Positions 1 through 28,383 of a stretch of DNA of 64,000 bases are shown one piece after another (within the stretch, counting starts at the first letter, position 1; each line of letters opens with the position of its first letter). This stretch comes from the human T2T-CHM13v2.0 reference genome, Homo sapiens, in assembly GCF_009914755.1 (NCBI RefSeq), contig NC_060929.1; one strand, given 5' to 3'. The translations under genes and the position numbers were made by a program. The notes under the pieces were generated by a model. That model saw only the letters and a list, made by a program, of their open reading frames with translations, was not told the DNA's origin and made no database searches.

Positions 1-73
1 TGATCTGCCTGCCACGGCCTCCCAAAGTGCTGGGATTACAGGTGTGAACCACCACGCCCAGCTGGAATATTTA

Positions 74-430
<357 letters not shown>

Positions 431-1136
431 TCAACTGCCAGATAAATCTAAAAGTCACCATTTCCACAGAACCAGCAGTGGGTGCCGTACTCAGAGAAAA
501 CCAACTCAGCCTCCCAGGAAGCTCATTTCTCCTCAGAACTAACTTCACTTCCTAGAACCTCATTTGTTGAACAAATTAACAGAGCACCTACGGTGGGAGA
601 GTTGGTTCTGAGGATTTGGAGGGGCTCTGGGAGAAGGAGAAACTTAACCACCCCAGCCTTGCCAACCACCTTTGAATCTCATTAGAACCAACTTTGAATT
701 CCCTGAAACTGGCTTCTCACAAACAGTGCATCCCCTCCAGCTGCCTTATTAGAACCAATTTTCAGTCACCTCAACACCAACTGTCTATCTCAAACTATCA
801 TCTCAGAACCACCCATTTAATAGTCTCAGATCCACCTGACTGGGTCCTTTGTAAGCCTTCGCTGGTCAGCTATGGCAGTGTTCTCAATCCTCTGTTAATG
901 ACACTAACACAATTTCTATTGCCCTCAAGTCCCCATAAAACAGAGACTCTCCAGTGGTGACTGCTTCCAGTCCCATTACAGCAGCCTCAGAACCAATTTT
1001 GTCACCAGATTTGTGATGACTCCCCTGCATTGTCTCCTCAGAATCATCGTTCATTCTCTTCAGAGCCAGATTTCATTTTTGGCTAATGAAATTGTCAAGG
1101 TCCTTACAACTTTCTCTTCAGAAGTATCTTGGTTCT

Positions 1137-1485
<349 letters not shown>

Positions 1486-1532
1486 TCAGGTCCAGCTGTC
1501 AGCCTTCGTAAGGCAAGTCTTTAGGTTATTCA

Positions 1533-1955
<423 letters not shown>

Positions 1956-2542
1956 TTATTATGAGATATATATTCATTGTGAAAAATATAAAAGCATACC
2001 TTTTTCACACATGTTGAAAGAAGAGAAAGCTTTGACACATGAAACTAACATGCTGATGGAGGGAGAATGAATTGGGCCCAGTTTTCCTGAGGGCTACAAG
2101 CACGTACTCAGAGCCTTGTAAAAGTTCATGCCACCCGGGAGGTGGAGGTTGCAGTGAGCCGAGGTCTAGCCACAGCACTCCAGCCTGGAGACAGAGCGAG
2201 ACTCCGTCTCAAAAGGAAAAAAAAAAGTTCATGCCTTCTTTCCTAGCAATTCTACCACGACTGCTTTTAATCACAGTATTATGTGTAATGGAGAAAAATG
2301 GCAACAGCATACATGTCTGATGGGTGATGGCTGAAATAAACTGTTATATCATATGATGAATTACTAGGCAGTCATTATAAATCATGTTATAAAATAACTA
2401 TTGACCTGAAAATGCTCACAATATAATACTAAGGAATGAAAGTAAGATATAAAACTTTACATGGTACGATTCCAATTTTATAAAATACATGCACATATAA
2501 CATCATTATACATCAAATGCTGGTGATTGTCATTCTAGGTAG

Positions 2543-4332
<1,790 letters not shown>

Positions 4333-4829
4333 CTAGGCTTTTGCTGAGCGGATGCAAGTTGTTTAACATTCCCCGTAAGTGGATGGTCTGTCTGTTAGAG
4401 GCTGGCGGGATAGAAGCACCAGACAACTGCTGTTGGCTTCTAAATTTGGGGGCTGTAGGTTTTTTAAAAACCAGAAAGTGTTATTTTATTAGTTCATCAA
4501 GCTCCCTCAACTATTTCTTAGAGAACTCGTGAGATCTCGCCCCCATCACTGAATTCTCTTTCCATCTTCATTCCCCATGTACAACTCACACAAAGCACTA
4601 GGCTCAAAGCCTTTCTCTTAAATATCTTTCTTTTGCTTATTACTGAATTGGTGTTAGCCAGGTGTTCCTGTTGGTTATTCTTGGGTCAGACTTTGTTTTT
4701 ATTGTTCTACAATTTCGTAGGCACCCCTTAGAAAGAAGAGCTCAAGTCTGGGTGACTCTCTTGGGGTCATCCTCAGTACTAGTTCATCCAGAGTCTATGT
4801 GGCTCCTTTGCTCTATCATGAATAGATCA

Positions 4830-5260
4830 AAATTTATCCAAGATGTATTATCAAATACCTACTTTATGTCAGGCCCTAAGCACATACAGATAAACAGGAT
4901 AGAGTCTGGGGCAGCACCACATTGCATGCAGAAAGATTCAGAAAGAAATAATTACCATAGTGTGATATATGAGAGGTGTGTACAGAGCAGGGAGTGACTA
5001 ATTCTGTCAAGAGGAGAGATGGAGGAATGGGGTGTAGAAGGAAGACCAGGAGTTCACAGGAGGACGTGCGGGCAAGGGAACAGCAAGTGCAAAGCCAGGG
5101 AGGTGTGTTCAGGAACCAGCAAATTAATGGTGGGGCGGCAGGAAGTACGGAGGGGAGGGGCAGGGAATGTGGCTGGAAGGGCAGGTTGGGGCCAGATTTG
5201 GAAGGCCCTCAGTAACAGTCCAAGGGGTTGTACTTTTCCTGAAGGCAACAGGGACTGAGA
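4830..5260 (-). mobile_element. L2 fragment
   Basis: GGGAACAGCAAGTGCAAAGCC...GGCCAGATTTGGAAGGCC pattern typical of the antisense L2 3' region. Confidence 0.65.
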
Positions 5261-5436
5261 TGGCATTAGTGTGTTGGCACGCCACTACTTTTGATGGTGT
5301 TTCTGGGTGTCTGAAAAGCTACACTGCTTCCTGTCTCCTCAGGAGAGTCCTCTACTTCTGATGTAGCAATAATAACAGTAATTTAGATGGATCACTTCGG
5401 ACTGTATGCATGCCTTTTAATTTCAGCTTTCAATAA

Positions 5437-5771
<335 letters not shown>

Positions 5772-5829
5772 ACATATATGTAAATTCTAAAAATAAATTC
5801 TAAATATCAATTTTGTGGCTAGATCAAAC

Positions 5830-7320
<1,491 letters not shown>

Positions 7321-7349
7321 TTGTGTGCGTGATGTTAAAATGAATTAAT

Positions 7350-11480
<4,131 letters not shown>

Positions 11481-13949
11481 CAAATCTCTCATAAATTGGG
11501 AGTTGTTACTGAGGAGTCCATATGCCTCAATTTCCTTATCTCTAAAACAGAGATAACAGTAGGATTACCTGAGGGGGGATTAAATGAGATAATAAATGAA
11601 GAGTGGTTGACACACTGTGGGTAAATGTTAACTATTAACACTATCAACACCTTCCCTGTTTTGCTCAAGGTCAAAACCCGATAGTTCCCTCCTCTTCTTG
11701 CTTTCTCCCTGACCCTGTTCCATTTGCCAGGAAATGACCCTTCTTATCTTTTTGGACAGAAGAATGCACTCAGAAGAGAGCACGTGGGAGAGCAGGAGGA
11801 GATCCAGGGGTCTCTGTCCTTGCTGAGACCTGCGTCTCCCCTCCCACCGCACTCAGACCCAGGGCTTTCCACGAGCATCTCTCTTGGACAAAGCTCTGCC
11901 CAAGGGTTCATTTTAGAGACTTCTGTAACTCAAGAGGATCAGTATTAATCTTCCCCACCTACAAGATGAGTGGCAGCCCAAAGCCAAGTGCTTCCCAGCC
12001 AGGGAGAGAAAGACATGGAAGTTCCCTTCTTTTCTGTGTCTCTCCCCGCCTCCTTTTTGCGGGGGAGCTGAATGTGCTCCTCTGGAGGGACTGAGGGAAG
12101 CCAGGGCTGGCTCAAAAGTGATTTTGCCTAGATGAAGCTGGCAGCTGGGAACCACTTTCCCTCCGCTTGCCCTCTGCCGGGGAAACTCCATGACGGAGAC
12201 AAGGCAGCTGGCAGGGAGAAGCCTCTGGATTGGGGCTGCTGGGGCTGCTGCAGTGCCAGGCAGGGCCACACAGGAACACATGGGCCCAGAGGCAGATGCT
12301 GATGCCACCTTTCCTTGCTGAGGACTCCCTAGAAAGGCAGTGCCTTGGAGCCTGCGGGGAAGACTATCTTTACCTGTAGCACAGAAGCAAATATAAAGGA
12401 ACACAGAACTAGTGGAAAAGGTACGGGGTTGGGCTCTGAAGAATGGGGTCCCAGCCCTGGTGCTGCCACTCCACGGCCGTGTGATTTTTGGTCAAGGTGC
12501 TTAAGATCTTTCCCCAAATTCTAGTTTCCCTATTTGCAAAATGAATGTTGTAATACGTCCCTCATAGGAACTGTGCAGAGAATTAGTTGAAATGATGTAT
12601 GGGAAGCTGGGACACGGGAGATGGCTAATAAATATTCATTTATTCCACAGAGGAATCGAAGAGAAAGGAAATCGCTGGATTTTGGAGGCTTTATGATTTA
12701 TCAGCTTATTCTATGGAATTAAGCCCTGGGCATCATGCTATTTGTCAGGGGCCTGGTTCTAGCGAAGATATGTGTTTATCTTTCACTATGAGATCCCAAG
12801 AGTCTCCCGAAATATTCTGGGCCTCAGAACTGGTTTCTCTGGGTGGCAGAGTATCAGAACACAGGGCAGAAGGAACCTGTTCCTCAGAGATCCAATCGAC
12901 ATCTCCCTTAAGCCTTTTGCTGCCCTCCACGAACCCATCCTTTTGTGCTGCCAGCTCCATGTCCCCATTCCGGGGGAGGCCAGAATGACACATCTACATG
13001 TCACCCCGTAGTCTACAATGTCGGGAAGGAGCTGTGTCCCTGCTGGAATTGAAAAACATCCTTGAGGGCTGCAACTTTTACAGGGAAAGTTACCATGCCA
13101 ACGACAGCCTCCTTGCCTGACAGGGATGAAAGGAAACAAGGCTGTGGGTGACATGCATCTATTGTGTGTCCACAAACTTGCCTGGAATCTATCAGGGACT
13201 GCGGACTGCTGCTCAGCAGGATGGAACAGGAGGATTCAGGTTAGATTTCAGTGGGACTCCGGGATGGGCAGGACTGATGAGGGCAGGGCAGGGCCAGCAA
13301 GCGAGGATTGGGAAATGCTTCTCTGAGATTGATACCCATCTCTTGGTGAAATGTGTGGGTGTGGTACTGACAGCAGGCGTGGGAGGGGACGGTGTCCTAG
13401 ATACCAGTTTCTGGCTGTGATGGGAACCTCGACTTCCCCCAGGTTCTTTCTGCCTTCACAGGATGGTCTAGGAGGTTACCTATGCTCTGGGTTAGATAGA
13501 AGAGGGCATGGCAGGTCACTGGGGCAGTGGGGCCACAGGCATGCCTATGGAGAAGGCCCAGTCTTGGCGAGGAGGCCCCAAGATGCCTAAGGAGGAGCGT
13601 CTCCTTCAAGGGGCAGGGCTTCCAGGGAGAATGGCCCCCACTCCCGAACAGGGAAAGGGCACAGAGGACTGAGGAGCTGGCACTGCCGAAGCACCTACGC
13701 CACGTCAGGCACTTGACACAGCCCCCATTTCATTTAATTATCTCCACAAACCTGCACAGCAGGAACTCTCACTCCCATTTCACGGAGGAGATGAGGACAC
13801 AGGCTCAGGAGAAGGTGAGTACCCGTCCCAGCATCACCCGGCTGGCAAGGGGAGACGCTGGGGCTGGAACCTCGCTGTCTGAACTGGAAAGGAAAACTCC
13901 ACATTCAGGGTGCCCTATTTTCTTCTGGAAAGATCTCTCCCGAAGCCGT

Positions 13950-14850
13950 CCGCTCCTCATTCTGCCCTTCGTACAGGCTTCCCGGGCCTGAGACGGCTGG
14001 GAAGAGGCTAAAGGGGCACGACCAGCCGGCGTCTGGGAAACCGCTCCTGCAGCCTGCAACTGCGAGGGCCCGGGGCCGCCACGCGGGCCCCCCGGCAGCC
14101 TCTCGTTTCACCCCAGCCTCCGGAGAGGGCCCGAGGCTCAGAGACGAAGGCACTGCACCCAAGGCCACAGATCGTGCATGGCTTTGCTGGAATTCCCACC
14201 GGGCCCGCAGGCGTCGAGGCCGCGTAGAACCCCGGAGCCCCTGCGCCCCTGCGCCCCGCCCGCGGCTGCGAGGCTCGGTGCCCGCAGAGGCTCCGGCGGA
14301 AACGGCTCCATCCCGGGCGGGCTCCCGCCCCCGGCCCGCCCCCGTCCGCCCCGCGCCATGTATGGCGCTTCCTCCCCGAGCCCTACAAGGCGCTTCCTCC
14401 CGGCCCCAGGCCCATACAAGGCGCTTCCTTCCCGGCGCGGCTGGCTGGCGGCCCGCGGGCTGGGAGCCCGGTCCGCTGGGCCCGCCCAACCTCGGAGCCC
14501 GCGGCCAGCGGACCTGCTGCCAAGGAGGGGGCGGCAGCGGCGGGAGGGACGGGAACGCGGGGCCTGGCCCGGCGCGGGAGGCGCGGGACGGGCCGACTTG
14601 GGGGTCCCGCTGGTCCCCGCTGGTTTCGTATTTTGCCTCGCTTTTCTCCCCTAGCCCGGAGCACAGCACGCCCTGCCGGAGGTCTTTCAGCGGCCCCAGC
14701 CCGGGACCTCCAGCCACACGGGCCTCCGAGCCTCGCCGGCCGCTCTCCCCTGAGAGTTGACAAGTGGGTCTTCCCTGACATCTCTCTTCCTCCCCGCTTG
14801 CGCTTCTCGTACCTCCCTGGCTTCAGCCGAGCTGCCCCCTCCGCCTGGAA
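13950..14850. promoter_or_regulatory. Orphan (intergenic) CpG island, likely enhancer
   Basis: Very GC-rich, non-depleted CpG, multiple GC boxes (CCGCCC x3 at ~14325-14352), no credible CDS. Confidence 0.85.
14356..14433. promoter_or_regulatory. Three tandem CArG-like + ETS units (SRF/TCF serum response elements)
   Basis: CCATGTATGG (14356), CCCTACAAGG (14381) and CCATACAAGG (14412), each immediately followed by CGCTTCCT (AGGAAGCG on minus). Confidence 0.75.
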
Positions 14851-15706
14851 TACCCTTCCCACACTATTCTGGCAGAAAGAACTGCTACGCATCCTTTACT
14901 TGGTTCAGACTTCTGGCCTCCTGGAAATCCTTCCCACCCCCACCCATAGGTCACCAGCCTCTGCTGAGCTGATTTAGGATCATAGGATCTTAACAAAGTG
15001 TCGTTATCTGAGTGATCCTGTTTCAGGCCTGCCGCAGTCCCTTTTCACCTTGGACAGTCATTTTTGACTTTAGGTCTGGTCCCCAACGTCTCCACCTGCT
15101 ATGGCTCCCCGTGGTCTGAGGCTCATGACCCCACAACCCTACTTGAGTAGTTTGACTCTGCAGGAGAAAGCTGGAGGGGTAGGGTGAGGGGAGCCACAGC
15201 TGGGGCAAGTGTACACCTGGAGTGAGTTGGGGCTGAGCACTGCCCCTGGGTGCCCCCATCACCCAGAAGGGCCTCTCCTGCTCAGCCTGACAGCTCTGGT
15301 TTATCCACCACTGAAAGAACCAGCAAGCCCCTACAGGCCCTCCCGACAGCGCCTCCAGAAACAAACCTGGCCCAGCCATGTGGTTACCCTGATCTGATCT
15401 GCCATGAGAAAGGTCACAAACAGGGACTGGATCTCAGCACAGAGGGCTGCCAGCAACAGTTCCCGAGCCCCCTCCCCCCATGTTCCAGCAGGACAGCTGT
15501 CACAAAGTCCAGCTTTCTGCTGGGGAGGAGACAAGCAAGTCCCCATGTGGCCAGCTAGACCCGCCTGTGAGCCTGTGATTGTTCTGCCACAGGTAAGGCA
15601 GGGAAAGAAAAGCTCAGAGCTTGGGGCTGAGTGGGTGAATATGTCAGAGAAGGGCCTTTTAGGGCCAAGCAGCCTCTGGGCTTGATCCAGAATAAAATCA
15701 CTCACA

Positions 15707-15719
15707 GGCTTCCAGGCGC

Positions 15720-15767
<48 letters not shown>

Positions 15768-15780
15768 GGCTTCCAGGCGC

Positions 15781-15838
<58 letters not shown>

Positions 15839-15842
15839 GGCT
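15707..15842 (+). repeat. Tandemly duplicated (CA)n microsatellite unit
   Basis: GGCTTCCAGGCGCAA(CA)22GT followed by GGCTTCCAGGCGCAA(CA)27GT. Confidence 0.95.
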
Positions 15843-16199
15843 GCAAATCCAAAATTTAAGGAGCCTTGTGGGTCTCCACAGCCCCAGGTTGGCTGAATGC
15901 CTGTGAATAGGGTGCATGGAGAGAATCTCAAAGGTCCAGGAGGTAGGTTTGGGAAAAAACTGGGTCTCAGAATCTGGGCTGCACACTTAGAGCCTAGGAT
16001 ACCTCTTGGCTTGTTTTCCCACTTAGGGCTGCAGGCCCCCAGCAGCCTTCTCTGTAGATCTATGCTCTAGGATTGTGGGTAATGCAGTCCACAGAGGCCA
16101 GGCTCCTAGTGATGCTGCTTCCTGCCCTCTCCTCCCCTCCTCTCAGGCCCCTGACAGCCACCCGCCTTCCTGCTCCAGGAGGAGGGCAAGTCAGAGTGA

Positions 16200-17530
<1,331 letters not shown>

Positions 17531-17608
17531 ATGGCATTTTTTCTTTGGCTGGGTTTGCCACTAGATTGAGCGCTCTTTATTGACACGGACTGTGTCTGCC
17601 TTGTTGAC

Positions 17609-20455
<2,847 letters not shown>

Positions 20456-20885
20456 AAACTCTAAGAGAAGAAAACATGGGTAAATCATGACCTTGGATTT
20501 GGCAAACAACAGATATGGCAACAACAGAAAAACAGATAAATTGAACTTCACCAAAATTAGTTTTGTGCATCAGAAGACATTATCAAGAAAGTGAAAATAC
20601 TTGCAAATAATATATCTAATAAGGGTTTGGTATCTAGAGTATAAAGAACTGTTATAACTCAACAAGATAAACCAATTCAAGATGGGCGAAGGAGTTGAAT
20701 AGACATTTCTCCAAAGATATACAGTATCAACCCACGAGAAACAAAAAACATATATTCACACAAAGACTAGTATGTGAATGTTCATAGCAGCATTATTCAA
20801 ACAGCTAAAAACTGGACACCGTCCAAATATCCACCAGTGGAAGAGATAAACAAAATGCGGTATATTCATACAATGGAATACTACT
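20456..20885 (+). mobile_element. L1M ORF2 3' fragment
   Basis: AAATGCGGTATATTCATACAATGGAATACTAC and related L1 motifs. Confidence 0.8.
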
Positions 20886-21992
<1,107 letters not shown>

Positions 21993-22024
21993 TACTACTC
22001 AACAATAAAAATGAACATGCAACA

Positions 22025-23603
<1,579 letters not shown>

Positions 23604-24897
23604 TCAGGACTGATCCACGTGCCTCTCCAAACTCACCCTCTCATCTCTCCAGCTAACCCAGGTCCCCACATAGACCTAGCACCCCCAGAGGAGGAAGGAG
23701 CCACCCTGCACTCCCCTTGTCCTTTAACACTCATTGTCATTCCTTGTTCAGAGTCTCCACTGCTGGACCTTCAACACCGAAGGGCAGGGTGTGCACCTGC
23801 ACTGTTTGCCACTGAATCTTGCACGGGACCTAGTACACGGGACATGTCTAAATGCTTGCTGAGTCAAGGAATGAGACTGGCTTAACCCAAGTCTCATTTA
23901 AGGAATAGAGGTGGCCGTGGAGTGCGTCTGTGGAGAAGGCTGGAGGAGACTGGGGTAGAACTCCTTCCATGTTACCTTTCAGAATCAGAGCCCGACAGGG
24001 GTGCAAGGGAGGGCCTCTAGCCCTGAGCACAGAAATTCGTCTTTATCTGGAGGAGCAACTCTCTCCCAGGCAACATCCTGCCTTATTACAAAGAGTCCCC
24101 CTCTGCAGGCCCTCCAGGCCCACCCCAGCTGGCTCATGTTGCCTTTCCCCACCAGAGAGCCTAGGCTGGGCATGTCTTTGGGTCTGGACAGTAATACAAC
24201 ATGGGGCAGAGGGTCCTGGCATCATCAAGCCCTGATTTCTCCTCATGCCTTCTCCCAGGAATCGGAATATCTCTGCATCTTTGCCTCTCAGAAGATCCTT
24301 GCCATTCCTGCTCGGAGCCTTTCTCTCAAGTTTCCACCCTCCTTCCTTATTCTCCTGGCTTCCTTGGAAATGGGTTTGCCCTCTAGCTTTGAGTGGGGAT
24401 GGACAGGCAAGCAGAAGGGGCTAAGCCTAGGTATAGTATCTCAGCAGAGTGGGAGGAGCTGGAAGTCTGTGGCAGTCAGGGAGAGCTAGATGGGGCTAAT
24501 TTGGAAGGCCGGGGGCTGAAGAAGCAAGTTGATCCACACACCCAAGCCAACCTTGACTCACAGGGAAGTGACTTCAAACAGCTTTCATAACTCCATCTGG
24601 ATGTTGGCCACCTTTCCTCTCCTAGCTCTTTGGTTTCAGGCCACGTGCTCCCTCCAATTGTCCCTTCTCTCATTTATAACATTAGAGAGAACAGGGCCTG
24701 GATGAAGAATAACAAGATCATCCGGCTGTTAAGAGCACCGAATCTGGAGTTGGAGCAAGTGTTCATGTTGGCTCTGCTAATTTGCTGCATGAGCCTGACA
24801 GGTCACTATATTCCTCTCTGGCCTCAGCTTTCTTCTGTCTTTAGTGAGGGGATTGGAATAGGTAAGGTGCAAGACCCTTTCTAGTGCTAAAATTAAG

Positions 24898-25542
<645 letters not shown>

Positions 25543-26481
25543 TTAAGAAGTCTAAGTATTGGGTATTGTGGAGAAAAGCTATATAAAGGTATGGCTGTAG
25601 ACTAAGGACTAGAGTCGAATGAGACTCTTTCTGAGAGTCCTTTCTGAGAATGGGCTTGACATTCCCAGGTACAGCTTTGCCTTCTTCTCATCACTTCCAG
25701 GATTGCTCACCTACTTGGGGCCAAGGGCCCCCCAGGAAGCCCTTCTTCATGCTGTTTTATTTCACTCTGTAGGGATGACCTGCATTTGCACTGGCTTTGG
25801 AACCAAACAGACCTGACTTTGAGTCCCAGATTTTGCCACTTAGTAGAACGTGGATGGGAAGATATAAACAGCATCTCCCTCACTACGTTTTTCTAAGGAT
25901 TACATAACTGTTCAACAAATGTCAGTGACTATAGTTACTTCACAGACGGATAGCTCAAAGCCCAGAATAAGGAGTAAGAAAACTGGGCAGAGCTGGATTG
26001 AGACTCCTGGGATCTCCTCTCCGTTCACTCATCCCTACTCCTTTGTTAAACTGCCCTCTCCACTTTCCTAAAATTTAAGGGCAAAGCAAGTTGTCCCAGG
26101 CACCTCTTAATGCTTGTCAGAAATCCCCCCTACTTCAGATGAAGCAAATTTCTTCCAGTCAGCATCCTTAACTCTATACCACCACCTTGTGGTCACCAGC
26201 ACAAACTTTCCCTGGCCACTTCCAGAGGACCAAGGTTGGGAGAGGAACCATGAGTAGCTGCCATCCCAGTCCTTGCTAAGTGCCTTCATGTGCCTTACTC
26301 CATTTAATCCTTATTACAGGTGGTGAAACTGCTACTCAAAGACATGGAATAATTTGCCAGCCTCTCAGGTGGCGCCAGGATTTCTACCTCAGACCTCAGA
26401 GATCCTGCTTCCTACTGCACTCTCCTGATAGCTTCCTGGGAAGCTGGCTGGCACGGCACTTCAGATTCAGGGACTGCCTGA

Positions 26482-26815
<334 letters not shown>

Positions 26816-28319
26816 AGAACCAGAGCTTTTCTTGACTCCCTTGTTTGGTTCTGGGCTCTTAGCTAAGCCCCAGGTAAGCCTGCCAGTTTCAGGGAAGGAC
26901 TCCTGGAGATGGCTGTATCTGAAACAGAATTCACCAGACAGGGTTTTAGACTTGATTTACAGAGAACCCTTTAGGTGGTGAATTGTTTTCACCTGTTATT
27001 TCTAGTGCCTGCTATTCAGCCACATCCTCAGCAACTTGCAGCACCCAAACTGCCACAAAACAAGCAAGTAACTGTGCCCTGCTTCCCTAGCTCTAATCGG
27101 ATGCTCCCACACCACTTGGCTGTTCAGTTCCTAGGTCCCCTGAGACCCAGTCCCATCAGGGCTGGACTTGGCAGGCAGGAATCCCCTGGCATTCACTCAA
27201 GCTGGCAACAAAGGAGAAGCTGGCATGAAACTTAAATTCCACCTTGGCTCTCAGCCCTAAATCCACCGTGCCTGTCTGGGAGTGTCATGGCATGCGTCTT
27301 GGAGCCAGAGAACAAAAGATGGCAAGTGCTGCAGGCCCAGACAGGCAAGGACCACAGCCCATATATCCTGCACCACTGTGCTGCCTTCCAACAATTTTGT
27401 CTTCAAGAACAGCACCTAGACACGCATTAGGAGGGAAAATTACACTTCCACCAGCACAGGCATGTTCGCCCCTTCCCAGCTGGTAATTGAGTTTCGTCGT
27501 CAGAGCTATCACCTAGATCAGGTAAGAAAATGGGTGAAAAGTACGCCAAGTGCCATTACTGGTCAATTTTACTTAAAACAGTTTTCTCAAACCTGGAGAA
27601 AGCAAACCATGCACCACCTTGGCTCCTCAACTAGGCTTCCTAAACTACCAAAGAGGCTCTTTAAGCACCTCAACCTTGGGGGAAAACAAAGAAAACAAAT
27701 CCTCTTCTGCTCTGAACCTGGCCTAGGAGCCCTGCTCCTCTGGACCAGCCCCTGACCTGCTTTTGGGTGGGCTACTACTCTCCTACCCAGTGTAAGGTAT
27801 GTAAGATGAAGGAGCGTGGGAGAGAGAGAGGGCCCAGGCCTAGTTTCTGCTATTCCATCTGGACCATTCTATTATAGGACTCAAAGACAGATACAGAGAG
27901 AACTTTGGAATAAGGCCTGGGATAAAATTTTGGTGTTATCACTAAAGAGCTGCTACTTAACCTTCTTTTGTTCTGTTTCATCACCTGTAAAATTGGGTAC
28001 ACCATCTACCTCCATGGGATGCTGGGTTATGGGATAATATACTTAACATACCTTAAAAAAAAAAAAAAGCAAGATTCCCTTTGGCATGCATATAGAATGG
28101 GGGAGAATACAAATTAGTTTGGCCCCAGCAACCTGAACCTTCTTCTTCTAGCATAACTCTGGGATCATGACCTCAGAAAAACTTTGCATATACCTTTCCA
28201 TAGACAAATGTAGTAAACACAACTCAAACCCAAGGCTGAAATGCTATTGGCCGTGACTAATCTGAGGTATGCCTTGGAGAACTGTCTCCACAGTTCAGGC
28301 CTTTCTAGACCAGTCCTAA

Positions 28320-28383
28320 AAAATCTCAAGCACACAAAGTATATTCTTAAATATGGTTTAATACTCTTCTCCATTTCTGTACA
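28320..28383 (-). terminator. Distal cleavage/polyadenylation signal of ETF1
   Basis: Minus strand: UGUA (28380-28383), ATTAAA (28357-28362), then GU/U-rich CTTTGTGTGCTTGAGATTTTTT downstream. Confidence 0.75.

Noticed and set aside
460-1130. CRISPR-like interpretation of the recurring CTCAGAACCA motif
   Set aside because: Motifs are short, degenerate and irregularly spaced in a eukaryotic context with no cas genes.
13905-14977. Overlapping long ORFs (up to 270 aa) on both strands in the CpG island
   Set aside because: Stop-codon scarcity in GC-rich DNA; low-complexity G/P/A/R products, mostly non-ATG starts, no recognisable domain.
15331-15986. ORFs with (CV)n or (HT)n runs
   Set aside because: Translations of the CA microsatellites.
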